A DNA stretch of 48,621 nucleotides from an uncultured Blautia sp. (lineage in GTDB: Bacteria > Bacillota > Clostridia > Lachnospirales > Lachnospiraceae). The stretch is from assembly GCA_946545475.1 (NCBI GenBank), contig CAMNNO010000001.1, forward strand, positions 1 to 48,621. Reading direction: 5' to 3'. Below are positions 1 to 10,639 of the stretch, piece by piece. A program made the position numbers and the translations under genes. Position 1 is the stretch's first letter. Each line of letters begins with the position of its first letter. The notes under the pieces are model-generated. The model had not been told where the DNA came from. It saw only the letters and a list, made by a program, of their open reading frames with translations, and searched no databases.

Positions 1-29
1 GCAACTCTGAGCGGCCCCCCCTCCCCTGC

Positions 30-224
30 GCCTACCGCCAGGTAAGAGAAAAATAGAAGTGGTTATAAGGAAATATGGCGCCCCCACAGCCTACCGCCAG
101 GTAAGAGAAAAATAGAAGTGGTTATGAGAAAACATAGCGCCCCCACAGCCTACCGCCAGGTAAGAGAAAAATAGAAGTGGTTATGAGGAAACATGGCGCC
201 CCCCCACAGCCTACCGCCAGGTAA
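30..224. repeat. Tandem repeat, about 3.3 copies of a 59-61 bp unit
   Basis: GCCTACCGCCAGGTAAGAGAAAAATAGAAGTGGTTAT starts at 30, 89 and 148; a partial copy starts at 209. The remainder of each unit differs by only a few substitutions or indels. Confidence 0.95.
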
Positions 225-284
225 AATTAAACTAAAAACACTACAGGGGCTCCCAGGGGAGCTCCCCGCAAAAAAATACTTTAC

Positions 285-313
285 TTGCATGGAACCAGAT
301 ACTTTGATATAAT
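285..313 (+). promoter_or_regulatory. Sigma-A-type promoter for the CYTH/lepA genes
   Basis: TTGCAT (285-290), 17 bp, TATAAT (308-313), with a TG extended -10. Confidence 0.65.
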
Positions 314-386
314 CCCTTCCATAAGAATGCAGCAAAGCGAAAACGATAACCTGAAAAGCGAGGGTATCCATAGAAAGAGGTTATTC

Positions 387-890
387 ATGGAAATAGAAAG
401 AAAATGGCTGGTAAAAGGCTGGCCCGAGGAGGATCTTCCTCTTAAATTTGAATATGAACACTATATGCGCCAGGGCTACCTGACCGTAGTCCCGACGGTC
501 CGCATCCGCGAGGAAGCCTTAACGGACGGAGCGACAGCCTACGTCCTCTGCCTCAAATCCCCCGGCGGCCTGGCCCGCAAAGAAATAGAGCTGGAAATAT
601 CCAAAGAAAAATTCGAAGAGATCGAAGACCTGATCGGCCTTCCCCTCATCCCAAAAGTCAGGCGCTCCTACCGCCTGCCGGACGGCCTTCTTCTGGAAGT
701 CAACCACGTAGATGAAGGCGCTCCCACAGAATTTTGGTATGCCGAGATCGAATTTCCGACAGTGGAGCGCGCCAAAGCCTGGAAAAGCGGCGAGGCCGGC
801 CTTCAGGACTTTCTCTCCAATGAGGTGACTGAGCAGCCCCTGCAGACTATGGGCGCCTACTGGGAAAAGACCCGCCGGGCGCGGCATTGA
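387..890 (+). CDS. CYTH domain (triphosphate tunnel metalloenzyme/adenylate cyclase-like) protein
   Basis: N-terminal EIERKW (ExExK) motif, QGYL, VRIR and AEIEF. ATG at 387 follows an AGAGG RBS. Confidence 0.85.
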   Translation: MEIERKWLVKGWPEEDLPLKFEYEHYMRQGYLTVVPTVRIREEALTDGATAYVLCLKSPGGLARKEIELEISKEKFEEIEDLIGLPLIPKVRRSYRLPDGLLLEVNHVDEGAPTEFWYAEIEFPTVERAKAWKSGEAGLQDFLSNEVTEQPLQTMGAYWEKTRRARH

Positions 891-1009
891 CCCGGCAAAG
901 GACAAAAGGCATAGCAAAGCCATTCACATGAACATAAGCCGTCGCGGATACAGGCAGGTATCGGCGGCGGAAAACCATGTGCCTGTGGAGAAGAGAGGAG
1001 GACCACGTA

Positions 1010-2818
1010 TTGACAGATCAGAGCAAGATCCGCAATTTTTGCATCATTGCCCACATTGACCACGGCAAATCCACCCTGGCGGATCGCATCATAGAGAAAA
1101 CCGGCCTGCTCACCGAGCGCGAAATGCAGGACCAGATCCTGGACAACATGGAGCTGGAGCGGGAGAGAGGCATTACCATAAAATCCCAGGCTGTCCGGGT
1201 CGTGTATAAAGCCAGGAACGGCGAGGAATATATCTTCAACCTGATCGACACCCCGGGACATGTCGACTTTAATTACGAGGTTTCCCGGAGCCTGGCCGCC
1301 TGCGACGGGGCTATCCTGGTGGTGGACGCCGCCCAGGGTATTGAGGCCCAGACGCTGGCCAACGTTTATCTGGCTCTTGACAACGACCTTGACGTGTTCC
1401 CGGTCATCAACAAGATCGACCTGCCCAGCGCCCAGCCGGAGCGCGTCATCAACGAGATCGAGGACATCATCGGCATTGAGGCCCAGGACGCTCCCCGCAT
1501 TTCAGCGAAGACCGGCCTTAACATCGAAGATGTCTTGGAGCAGGTGGTCGAGCGCATCCCGGCCCCCAAGGGCGACCCGAAGGCGCCCTTAAAAGCCCTG
1601 ATCTTCGACTCGGTCTACGATTCCTACAAGGGCGTTATCGTGTTCTGCCGCCTGATGGACGGAACCGTGCGAAAGGGCACCAACATCAAAATGATGGCTA
1701 CAGGCTTCACCGCGGAAGTGGTGGAGGTCGGATACTTTGGCGCCGGGCAGTTCATCCCCTGCGAGGAGCTGTCCGCCGGCATGGTCGGGTATCTCACGGC
1801 CAGCATCAAAAACGTCAGGGATACCCGGGTGGGCGACACGGTAACGGACAAAAACCGTCCCTGCGCGGAAGCGCTTCCTGGCTATAAAAAAGTGAACCCC
1901 ATGGTCTACTGCGGCCTGTATCCGGCCGACGGCGCGAGGTACGGCGACCTTCGGGACGCTCTGGAAAAGCTCCAGCTCAACGACGCTTCCCTTTTCTACG
2001 AACCGGAAACCTCGGTAGCCCTGGGCTTTGGCTTTCGCTGCGGCTTTCTCGGCCTCCTTCACCTGGAGATCATTCAGGAAAGGCTTGAGAGGGAATATAA
2101 CCTGGACCTTGTGACCACGGCCCCCAGCGTTATCTATAAAGTCCACAAGACGAACGGCGAGGTCATCGACCTGACCAACCCCACAAACCTTCCGGACCCT
2201 TCCGAGATCGAATATATGGAGGAGCCCATCGTCAAGGCGGAGATCATGGTGACTACGGAATTTGTGGGCTCCATCATGGAGCTGTGCCAGGAGAGGCGCG
2301 GCCAGTACCAGGGCATGGAATACATGGAGGAGACCAGGGCCATGCTCCGCTACCGCCTGCCCCTGAACGAGATCATATACGACTTCTTTGACGCCCTCAA
2401 ATCCCGCTCCCGCGGATACGCCTCCCTCGACTACGAGCTGGACGGCTACGAGCGGAGCGACCTTGTTAAGCTGGATATCCTGGTCAACAAGGAGGAAGTG
2501 GACGCCCTGTCCTTTATCGTCTTCGGCGGAAGCGCCTACGAGCGCGGCCGCAAGATGTGCGAAAAGCTGAAAGACGAGATCCCCCGCCAGATGTTCGAGA
2601 TCCCCATCCAGGCCGCCATCGGCAGCAAGATCATCGCCCGTGAAACCGTAAAAGCCCTCCGGAAAGACGTGCTGGCCAAATGCTACGGCGGCGACATCAG
2701 CCGCAAAAAGAAGCTTCTCGAAAAGCAGAAAGAAGGCAAAAAACGCATGCGCCAGGTCGGCAACGTAGAAATCCCGCAGAAAGCCTTCATGAGCGTGCTG
2801 AAGCTGGACGAGAACTGA
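1010..2818 (+). CDS. lepA: Translation elongation factor 4 (LepA)
   Basis: [28 protein letters not shown] and C-terminal [24 protein letters not shown]. Probable TTG start at 1010 after AGGAGG. Confidence 0.98.
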   Translation: MTDQSKIRNFCIIAHIDHGKSTLADRIIEKTGLLTEREMQDQILDNMELERERGITIKSQAVRVVYKARNGEEYIFNLIDTPGHVDFNYEVSRSLAACDGAILVVDAAQGIEAQTLANVYLALDNDLDVFPVINKIDLPSAQPERVINEIEDIIGIEAQDAPRISAKTGLNIEDVLEQVVERIPAPKGDPKAPLKALIFDSVYDSYKGVIVFCRLMDGTVRKGTNIKMMATGFTAEVVEVGYFGAGQFIPCEELSAGMVGYLTASIKNVRDTRVGDTVTDKNRPCAEALPGYKKVNPMVYCGLYPADGARYGDLRDALEKLQLNDASLFYEPETSVALGFGFRCGFLGLLHLEIIQERLEREYNLDLVTTAPSVIYKVHKTNGEVIDLTNPTNLPDPSEIEYMEEPIVKAEIMVTTEFVGSIMELCQERRGQYQGMEYMEETRAMLRYRLPLNEIIYDFFDALKSRSRGYASLDYELDGYERSDLVKLDILVNKEEVDALSFIVFGGSAYERGRKMCEKLKDEIPRQMFEIPIQAAIGSKIIARETVKALRKDVLAKCYGGDISRKKKLLEKQKEGKKRMRQVGNVEIPQKAFMSVLKLDEN

Positions 2819-2819
2819 C

Positions 2820-2920
2820 TATAGTACGCGCCGGAGTTTCAGCGGAAATATGCCGCCTCTGCGGCAAAGATCCGGCGCGGGAAGCGAATGAAAATGCAAG
2901 CGCTTTCTTCGCTTCCCATA
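2820..2920 (+). mobile_element. 101-bp structured dispersed repeat, copy A (MITE-like or structured RNA)
   Basis: 78/101 ungapped identity (counted by hand) to the reverse complement of 37802-37902. TATAGTA end and several hairpins. Confidence 0.65.
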
Positions 2921-2939
2921 ACCGTTTCAGGAGAAAACC

Positions 2940-3263
2940 ATGAATAAAGGAAAACTCAAGGAAAGGATGCACACGCCCATGCGGAACATCTTCCTTCGCG
3001 GCACCCTCCTTTTTATGATCCTTGCCGGAGGCGCAGCCCTTTCGGGATGCGGCGGCAGCCAGAGCAGCAGCGATGCCGCGGCTCCGGTCGTGGAAGAGGA
3101 GGCCGTGCGGGTCATTGAAATTACCATCACACCGCCGCCTGTTGTCATTACGCCGACGCCCGTGTTTGAAGAAAAATACCCCCAGGCGGTCGTCAGCAAG
3201 GACGGGATCACATTTATTAATCAGTATCTGGTGAATGTGGCCGACGGTGAAAATCTGAGGTGA
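2940..3263 (+). CDS. Small hypothetical lipoprotein
   Basis: AGGAG RBS, hydrophobic signal ending in lipobox LSGC, Pro/Thr-rich linker. Confidence 0.7.
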   Translation: MNKGKLKERMHTPMRNIFLRGTLLFMILAGGAALSGCGGSQSSSDAAAPVVEEEAVRVIEITITPPPVVITPTPVFEEKYPQAVVSKDGITFINQYLVNVADGENLR

Positions 3264-3267
3264 CGCC

Positions 3268-4410
3268 ATGCCCTATGGCCAGCTAAAGGATACAGCTTTT
3301 GAAATTTATATCCACATCCCTTTCTGCATAAAGAAGTGCCTGTACTGCGATTTTCTGTCCGCCCCGGCCTCCGGGGAAGCTGTTGGCCGATATGTGGATG
3401 CCCTTATTAAGGAAATAAAAGCTGCCGGAAAGCAGAGCGGAGGACGGGTGTCCTCCGTTTTTGTCGGAGGCGGTACGCCCACCGTTCTTTCAGAGGCGCA
3501 CCTGACGGCCATCTTCGACGCCCTGCACGCCTCCTTCCGGCTGGAAGAAGGCGCCGAGATCACCGTGGAAGCGAACCCCGGAACGCTCACCGCCGGCAAA
3601 GCCAGAGCCCTTAAGGAGGCGGGCGTCAACCGCTTAAGCCTCGGGCTGCAGTCCGTATTCTTAAAAGACCTTCGGATGCTTGGGCGCATCCACACCTTCG
3701 AGGATTTCCTGATAAGCCTTGACCACGCCCAAAATGCCGGCTTCCGGAATATCAACGCCGACCTCATGTTCGCCCTGCCCGGACAGACCAGAAAGGAGTG
3801 GGAGCAGTGCCTGCTGCGGACAGCGGCCCTGCCGCTGACCCACATTTCGGCCTACAGCCTGATCCTGGAGGAAAACACCCCCCTTTACAGGAACCACCCG
3901 CCCCTTCCGCCGGAGGACGACGAGTACGCCATGTACGAGGATACTAACGATATCCTCTCCGCCTGCGGCTTTACCCAGTACGAAATCTCGAACTACGCCA
4001 GGAACGGCTTCCCCTGCCGCCACAACCTGGGCTACTGGAAACGAGTCCCATATCTCGGACTTGGCCTCGGCGCCTCCTCCCTCTGGCAGGAAACCCGGTA
4101 CAAAAACACCAGCGACATGCCCAGCTACCTTGAAAACGCCCAAGCTCCCCTGCGCCTGCAGCAGGAAAAAGAATATCTCACCCGCCGGGACGCCATGAGC
4201 GAGAGCATGTTCCTCGGCCTCAGACTGACACAAGGCGTTTCAAAAAAAGCTTTCCAAAAGGACTACGGCATTGCCCCTGAAGTCATTTACGCCCCCATAA
4301 TCAAAAAATATACCGAAACAGGACTCCTTAACAACCAGGAAACCCATCTCTCCCTAACCCGCAAAGGCATCCATGTCAGCAATACCATCATGGCCGAATT
4401 TCTGCTTTAA
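3268..4410 (+). CDS. hemW: Radical SAM heme chaperone HemW (HemN-like)
   Basis: YIHIPFC-KKC-YCDF (CxxxCxxC), GGGTP, YEISNY and HNLGYW; lepA-hemW synteny. Confidence 0.93.
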   Translation: MPYGQLKDTAFEIYIHIPFCIKKCLYCDFLSAPASGEAVGRYVDALIKEIKAAGKQSGGRVSSVFVGGGTPTVLSEAHLTAIFDALHASFRLEEGAEITVEANPGTLTAGKARALKEAGVNRLSLGLQSVFLKDLRMLGRIHTFEDFLISLDHAQNAGFRNINADLMFALPGQTRKEWEQCLLRTAALPLTHISAYSLILEENTPLYRNHPPLPPEDDEYAMYEDTNDILSACGFTQYEISNYARNGFPCRHNLGYWKRVPYLGLGLGASSLWQETRYKNTSDMPSYLENAQAPLRLQQEKEYLTRRDAMSESMFLGLRLTQGVSKKAFQKDYGIAPEVIYAPIIKKYTETGLLNNQETHLSLTRKGIHVSNTIMAEFLL

Positions 4411-4453
4411 AAGCAGGGCGAGAGGAAACAATATACAAAAGAAACACAAGCAC

Positions 4454-7339
4454 ATGTTTTGGAGGAATCAGCCTACGGAAAAAGAAAAAAAACATTTTAT
4501 CCGCATTCGCGGCGCGAATGTCAACAATCTAAAAAACCTTTCCCTGGACATCCCCAGGGACCAGTTTGTGGTCCTGACGGGCCTCAGCGGCTCGGGAAAA
4601 TCATCCCTGGCCTTTGACACCATCTATGCCGAGGGGCAGAGGCGCTACATGGAGTCGCTTTCCTCCTACGCCCGCCAGTTCCTCGGGCAGATGGAAAAGC
4701 CGGATGTGGAGAGCATTGAGGGCCTCCCTCCGGCTATCTCCATTGACCAGAAATCCACAAACCGCAATCCCCGCTCCACGGTGGGGACCGTAACCGAGAT
4801 CTACGATTATTTCCGCCTTCTCTACGCCCGCATCGGCATTCCCCACTGCCCGAAATGCGGCCGCCCCATCGCGCGTCAGAGCGTGGACCAGATGACGGAC
4901 CAGATCATGGCCCTGCCGGAAAAGACGCGCATCCAGCTCCTGGCCCCGGTGGTGAGGGGCAAGAAGGGAACGCACGCAAAGGTCCTGGAGCAGGCCAGGA
5001 AGAGCGGCTATGTGCGGGCCCAGATCGACGGCATCACCTACGAGCTGTCGGAAGAGATCACCCTGGACAAGAACATTAAGCACACCATAGCCATCATCGT
5101 CGACCGCCTGGTGGTCAAGCCGGGGATCGAAAAACGCCTGGCGGATTCCATCGAGACGGTCCTTAACCTGGCCGAAGGGCTCCTGGTGGTGGACACCATG
5201 GACGGAAAATTCTTAAATTTCAGCCAGAGCTTTTCCTGTCCGGATTGCGGGACAAGCATAGACGAGATCGAGCCCAGGAGCTTTTCCTTTAACAATCCCT
5301 TCGGAGCCTGCCCGGACTGTGCGGGGCTGGGCTACCGCATGGAATTTGACCCGGAGCTTATGATCCCGGACCCGTCGCTCAGCATCCAGGAGGGTGCCAT
5401 TGCCGTGCTGGGCTGGCAGTCCAGCGCGGATAAGGGGAGCTTTACCAACAGCCTGCTGACGGCCCTGGCAGCGGAATACCATTTCAGCCTGGATACCCCC
5501 TTCCAGGACTATCCGGAGGAGATAAAAAAGATCCTGATTCATGGGACGGACGGCCACAGCGTAAAAGTCCATTATAAAGGACAACGGGGCGAGGGCATCT
5601 ACGATGTCGCCTTCCCGGGCCTGATCAAAAATATGGAGACCCGCTACCGCGAGACGGCTTCCGACACCATGAAGCAGGAATACGAGAGCTTTATGCGCAT
5701 CACCCCCTGCACACTCTGCAGCGGCCAGAGGCTTAAAAAAGAGTCGCTGGCGGTGACGGTGGCGGACAAAAATATTTACGAGATCACCGAGATGCCGGTG
5801 GAAAAGCTGATCACCTTTATGGAAGACATGTCCCTAAGCGACCAGCAAAAGCTGATCGGCCGCCAGATCTTAAAGGAGATCAACGCCCGGATCCGCTTCC
5901 TCTCGGACGTAGGCCTCGACTATCTGTCCCTTTCCCGGGCCACCGGCACCCTGTCCGGCGGCGAAGCCCAGCGCATCCGCCTGGCGACCCAGATCGGCTC
6001 CGGCCTGGTGGGCGTGGCCTACATTCTGGACGAGCCCAGCATCGGCCTGCACCAGAGGGATAACGACAAGCTCCTGCGCTCGCTCATGCAGCTTCGGGAT
6101 CTGGGCAACAGCCTGATCGTCGTGGAACACGACGAAGACACCATGAGGGCGGCCGACTGCATCGTGGACATCGGCCCCGGAGCCGGGGAGCACGGCGGGG
6201 AGCTGGTCGCCATGGGCACGGCGAAGGACCTGATGAATAATCCGGCGTCCATAACCGGCGCCTATCTGGCCGGAAGGCTAAAGATCCCGGTGCCCGGGAC
6301 GCGGAAGGTCCCCACGGGGTTTCTCACCGTAAGAGGGGCCGCCGAAAATAACCTGAAAAATATCGACGTCCGGATCCCGCTGGGCGTTATGACATGCGTG
6401 ACCGGGGTTTCCGGTTCGGGAAAGAGCTCCCTGGTCAACGAGATCCTGTATAAACACCTGGCCCGGAAATTGAACCGCGCCCGCATCACCGCCGGCAGGC
6501 ATCAGGATGTGGAGGGGTGCGAACAGCTGGATAAGGTCATCAGCATCGACCAGTCCCCCATCGGCCGGACGCCGAGGTCAAACCCGGCCACCTATACCGG
6601 CGTCTTTGACATGATCAGGGACCTGTTCGCCGCAACCGCGGATGCCAAGGCCAGGGGCTATAAAAAGGGGCGTTTCAGCTTTAATGTCAAGGGCGGCCGC
6701 TGCGAGGCGTGCTCGGGGGATGGCATCCTCAAGATCGAGATGCACTTCCTGCCGGACGTGTATGTGCCCTGCGAGGTGTGCAAGGGAAAACGCTATAACC
6801 GGGAGACGCTGGAGGTCAAGTATAAGGATAAGAGCATCTACGATGTCCTGAACATGACCGTGGAGGAAGCCCTCCCCTTCTTCGAAAATGTGCCCTCCAT
6901 CCGCAACAAGATCGCCACCCTGAACGATGTCGGGCTTTCCTACATCCGCCTGGGGCAGCCCTCCACCACCCTTTCCGGAGGCGAGGCCCAGAGGGTCAAG
7001 CTGGCGACAGAACTGTCGCGGCGCTCAACCGGCAGGACCATCTATATCCTGGACGAGCCGACAACGGGCCTTCATTTCGCGGATGTCCACAAGCTGGTAG
7101 ACATCCTGCGGCGCCTCTCGGAAGGCGGAAACACCGTGGTCGTCATCGAGCACAACCTGGACGTTATCAAGACAGCCGACTACATCATCGACATGGGCCC
7201 CGAAGGAGGCGACAGAGGCGGAACAGTCATCGCCCAGGGAACCCCAGAAGAAGTCGCGAAGACCCCCAACTCCTATACAGGCCAGTACATCGCCAGGTAC
7301 CTGAAGGCACAGGAAGAAAATGAAACGCCTCCCGTGTAA
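4454..7339 (+). CDS. uvrA: Excinuclease ABC subunit A
   Basis: Two ABC ATPase domains ([26 protein letters not shown] twice) and zinc fingers. Start uncertain; 4454 chosen to avoid overlap with hemW. Confidence 0.97.
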   Translation: MFWRNQPTEKEKKHFIRIRGANVNNLKNLSLDIPRDQFVVLTGLSGSGKSSLAFDTIYAEGQRRYMESLSSYARQFLGQMEKPDVESIEGLPPAISIDQKSTNRNPRSTVGTVTEIYDYFRLLYARIGIPHCPKCGRPIARQSVDQMTDQIMALPEKTRIQLLAPVVRGKKGTHAKVLEQARKSGYVRAQIDGITYELSEEITLDKNIKHTIAIIVDRLVVKPGIEKRLADSIETVLNLAEGLLVVDTMDGKFLNFSQSFSCPDCGTSIDEIEPRSFSFNNPFGACPDCAGLGYRMEFDPELMIPDPSLSIQEGAIAVLGWQSSADKGSFTNSLLTALAAEYHFSLDTPFQDYPEEIKKILIHGTDGHSVKVHYKGQRGEGIYDVAFPGLIKNMETRYRETASDTMKQEYESFMRITPCTLCSGQRLKKESLAVTVADKNIYEITEMPVEKLITFMEDMSLSDQQKLIGRQILKEINARIRFLSDVGLDYLSLSRATGTLSGGEAQRIRLATQIGSGLVGVAYILDEPSIGLHQRDNDKLLRSLMQLRDLGNSLIVVEHDEDTMRAADCIVDIGPGAGEHGGELVAMGTAKDLMNNPASITGAYLAGRLKIPVPGTRKVPTGFLTVRGAAENNLKNIDVRIPLGVMTCVTGVSGSGKSSLVNEILYKHLARKLNRARITAGRHQDVEGCEQLDKVISIDQSPIGRTPRSNPATYTGVFDMIRDLFAATADAKARGYKKGRFSFNVKGGRCEACSGDGILKIEMHFLPDVYVPCEVCKGKRYNRETLEVKYKDKSIYDVLNMTVEEALPFFENVPSIRNKIATLNDVGLSYIRLGQPSTTLSGGEAQRVKLATELSRRSTGRTIYILDEPTTGLHFADVHKLVDILRRLSEGGNTVVVIEHNLDVIKTADYIIDMGPEGGDRGGTVIAQGTPEEVAKTPNSYTGQYIARYLKAQEENETPPV

Positions 7340-7359
7340 CAGAAAAAAGGAGCTATAAA

Positions 7360-8355
7360 ATGGCAGCAAGTGACATCGGCATCGACTTGGGGACCAAAAA
7401 CTGCCTGGTCGCCACCCAGGGAAAAGGCATTATCCTCTCCGAGCCCTCTGTCGTCGTTTATGATAAAAATACCGAGCGCATCCGGGCCATAGGCGAAGAG
7501 GCCCGCCAGATGAGCAGCCATCTGAACTCCAACCTGGAGCTGATATGGCCCATCCGGCAGGGCGTCATCACCGACTATGTGGTCATGGAAAAGATGCTCA
7601 AATACTTCATCCAGAAGGCCGCCGGCCACCGGGGCATCCGCAAGCCCCGCATAACGGTGTGTGTGCCCAGCGGCGTTACCGAGATCGAGCGCCGGGCCAT
7701 TGTGGAGGCCACGTACCAGTCGGGAGCCCGCCAGGTCTTCCTGGCTAAAGCCCCCATTGCCTCGGCCATCGGGGCCGGCATAGATATCTTGAAGCCCTTC
7801 GGCAACATGATCGTGGATATCGGCGCGGGAACCACGGACGCGGCGGTCCTCTCGGTTGGCGGCATCGTGATCCAGAACACCGTCAAGGTGGGCGGCGACA
7901 ATTTCAACCAGGCGATCATGACCTATGTGCGGGAAAAACACAGCCTGTTCATCGGTGAAGAGACCGCGGAGAACATCAAGCACCACATCGGGACCGTCAT
8001 CGAGGACCACGATGGGCGGACATACGAGGTCAAGGGGCGGAACGTGGTCACCGGCCTTCCCAAGGTGGCTATCCTGACCGCGGACGAGATCCATACGGCT
8101 CTTAAGGATGTGGCCGCCCAGGTGGTGGAAGCCATCCACGGAGTTCTGGAAAAGACCTCACCGGAGCTGGCTGCGGATATTGTGGAAAGGGGCATTGTCC
8201 TGACAGGCGGAGGCGCCCTTGTCGGTGGCATGGATGCCCTTGTGGAGGAGGAGACGGGCGTCAACACCAACACTCTCCCCTCCGCCCTCACCGCAGCCAT
8301 AGAAGGCACCTGCCGCTATGCGGATGTGATGGCAAAGATCGAAGCGCCGCGTTAA
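7360..8355 (+). CDS. mreB: MreB/Mbl-family actin-like protein (divergent paralogue)
   Basis: DIGIDLGT, EPSVV, VPSGVTEIERRA, DIGAGTTD and LTGGGAL motifs. Confidence 0.88.
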   Translation: MAASDIGIDLGTKNCLVATQGKGIILSEPSVVVYDKNTERIRAIGEEARQMSSHLNSNLELIWPIRQGVITDYVVMEKMLKYFIQKAAGHRGIRKPRITVCVPSGVTEIERRAIVEATYQSGARQVFLAKAPIASAIGAGIDILKPFGNMIVDIGAGTTDAAVLSVGGIVIQNTVKVGGDNFNQAIMTYVREKHSLFIGEETAENIKHHIGTVIEDHDGRTYEVKGRNVVTGLPKVAILTADEIHTALKDVAAQVVEAIHGVLEKTSPELAADIVERGIVLTGGGALVGGMDALVEEETGVNTNTLPSALTAAIEGTCRYADVMAKIEAPR

Positions 8356-8374
8356 AAAAGGAGATGAAAAGAAC

Positions 8375-10639
8375 ATGCAGGAGACCATCAAGGGCTATAT
8401 CGACCATGTGATCTTCCGCAATGAAGATAACGGCTATACCGTCATGGTCATCAAATGCGCCGGCGAGGAAGAAATTTCATGCGTGGGCAGTTTCCCCGAT
8501 GTCCCGGCGGGCGCGACGGTAAAGCTGACCGGCGAATACGTCACGCACACCATATACGGCCGTCAGTTTCAGGCATCAGCCATGGAGGAGCAGGAGCCGG
8601 AGGACGCCGTCGCCATGGAGCGATACCTGGGCAGCGGCGCCATTAAAGGCATAGGGGCAGCCCTGGCCGCCCGCATTGTGAAGCACTTCGGCGATGAGAC
8701 CATACATGTGGTGGAGGAAGAGCCGGAGCGCCTGGTCGAGGTCAAGGGCATCAGCGCGAAAAAGGCCCGGGAGATCGCGGTCCAGATACGCGAAAAGACC
8801 GAAATGCGCCGCGCCATGATCTTTCTGCAGAAATACGGCATCTCCCTGAACCTCGGCGTGAAGATCTACCAGAGATACGGTGACTCCCTCTATAACGTGA
8901 TCCGGGAAAACCCCTACCGCCTGGCCGAAGACATCCGGGGCGTGGGCTTTCGGATCGCCGACGAGATCGCCGGGCGCATCGGCATTCAAAGGGATTCCGA
9001 CTACCGCATACGCAGCGGCATGCTCTATGTCCTGTCCCTGGCGACAGGGGAGGGGCACACGTATCTTCCAAGGGAGGAGCTTTTCGAGCGCTCAAGCGCC
9101 CTGCTTGACGTGGATGCCTCCTATATGGAAAAATATCTCATGGACCTTCTGGTGGACCGGAAGGTCGTGGTGAGGGAAAATAACGGGACAACGGCCGTCT
9201 ACCTGACGCCCCATTTCAACCTGGAACTGGACTGCGCCCGCCGCCTTCTGATGCTGGGAGAGGCCCATGTCGTCTCGGAGGATGAAGACGCCCTCGTCAG
9301 GCGCATTCAAAAGATCGAGCAGGATACAGGCATCCGCCTGGAGGAGCGCCAGATAGAGGCTGTCCGCATGGCGGCGAGCCACCCCCTCATGATCCTCACC
9401 GGCGGCCCCGGAACCGGAAAGACCACGACGATAAATGCCATTATCAGCTATTTTCAGTCCCGGGATGAAGAGATACTGCTGGCAGCCCCCACCGGGCGGG
9501 CCGCCAAGCGGATGACCGAGGCCACAGGGCACGAGGCGAAAACGATCCACCGCCTCCTGGAGCTTTCCGGCATGCCGGAGGATGACGCGCCTATGCAGCG
9601 CGCCGCCATTTATTTTGAGCGGAACGAAGAAAACCCGCTGGAAGGGGACGTGATCATCATAGACGAGATGTCCATGGTGGACATTTTCCTGATGCACGCC
9701 CTGTTAAAAGCCATACCCAGGGGAACGCGCCTTGTGCTGGTCGGGGATGAAAACCAGCTTCCCTCGGTCGGGCCGGGAAACGTGCTCCGGGATATCATCC
9801 GCTGCGGCCATTTCCCCGTAGTCGAGCTTGTCAAGATCTTCCGCCAGGCTTCGGAGAGCGACATCATCGTCAACGCCCACCGGATACACAGGGGAGAGAT
9901 GGTCCCCCTGGACAACAAAAGCGCGGATTTCTTTTTCCTGAAGCGCAGCGACCCCAACCAGATCATCCGGATACTCATTTCCCTCATCCAGGAAAAGCTG
10001 CCCCCCTATGTCAAAGCCAGGCCCGCGGATATCCAGGTCCTCACCCCCATGCGGAAGGGCGTCCTGGGCGTCGAGCAGCTGAACAGTGTCCTCCAGCGCT
10101 ACCTGAACCCGCCTTCCCCCTCAAAAAAAGAGAAGGAGGTTGGGGAACGCCTGTTCCGGGAAGGGGACAAGGTGATGCAGACCCGAAACAACTATCAGAT
10201 GGAATGGGAGATCGTGGGAAAATACGGGATCAGGGCGGACGAAGGTATCGGCATTTTCAACGGGGATACCGGCATTTTAAAAAGCCTGAATACCTTTACG
10301 GAGGAAGCCAGGGTAGCCTTTGAGGACGGGCGGGAAGCCACTTACAGCTTTAAGCAGCTGGAGGAGCTGGAGCTCGCCTACGCCATAACCATCCACAAGG
10401 CCCAGGGCTCGGAATATCCCGCCGTGCTGCTGCCCCTCCTGTCCGGCCCGCGCATGCTCCTTAACCGTAACCTTCTTTATACCGCGGTGACCCGCGCCAA
10501 GCGATGTGTCACCGTCATCGGCAGCCAGGAGACCTTTGAAGCCATGATCCGGAACGAGACCCAGCAAAAACGCTACAGCTCCCTGGAAGAGCGCATCAAC
10601 GAGTTCTTTCAGGAGAAGGATGCCTCCCCGTGGGGGTAA
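8375..10639 (+). CDS. recD2: ATP-dependent RecD2-like DNA helicase
   Basis: GGPGTGKTT, APTGRAAKR, DEMSM, GDENQLPSVG, YAITIHKAQGSEY and YTAVTRAK; HhH-containing N-terminus. Confidence 0.95.
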   Translation: MQETIKGYIDHVIFRNEDNGYTVMVIKCAGEEEISCVGSFPDVPAGATVKLTGEYVTHTIYGRQFQASAMEEQEPEDAVAMERYLGSGAIKGIGAALAARIVKHFGDETIHVVEEEPERLVEVKGISAKKAREIAVQIREKTEMRRAMIFLQKYGISLNLGVKIYQRYGDSLYNVIRENPYRLAEDIRGVGFRIADEIAGRIGIQRDSDYRIRSGMLYVLSLATGEGHTYLPREELFERSSALLDVDASYMEKYLMDLLVDRKVVVRENNGTTAVYLTPHFNLELDCARRLLMLGEAHVVSEDEDALVRRIQKIEQDTGIRLEERQIEAVRMAASHPLMILTGGPGTGKTTTINAIISYFQSRDEEILLAAPTGRAAKRMTEATGHEAKTIHRLLELSGMPEDDAPMQRAAIYFERNEENPLEGDVIIIDEMSMVDIFLMHALLKAIPRGTRLVLVGDENQLPSVGPGNVLRDIIRCGHFPVVELVKIFRQASESDIIVNAHRIHRGEMVPLDNKSADFFFLKRSDPNQIIRILISLIQEKLPPYVKARPADIQVLTPMRKGVLGVEQLNSVLQRYLNPPSPSKKEKEVGERLFREGDKVMQTRNNYQMEWEIVGKYGIRADEGIGIFNGDTGILKSLNTFTEEARVAFEDGREATYSFKQLEELELAYAITIHKAQGSEYPAVLLPLLSGPRMLLNRNLLYTAVTRAKRCVTVIGSQETFEAMIRNETQQKRYSSLEERINEFFQEKDASPWG

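Noticed and set aside
30-224. CRISPR array
   Set aside because: The would-be spacers are near-identical to one another, and no cas genes are in the window.
150-371. 73-aa minus-strand ORF
   Set aside because: It runs through the promoter and tandem repeat and has no recognisable motif.
2940-3263. Truncated SH3-domain pseudogene (ends NVADGENLR)
   Set aside because: No continuation was seen in other frames and hemW starts 4 bp later, so an intact small lipoprotein is simpler.
4373-4453. Extended uvrA N-terminus and an upstream SOS box
   Set aside because: The extension overlaps hemW, and there is no convincing GAAC-N4-GTTC.
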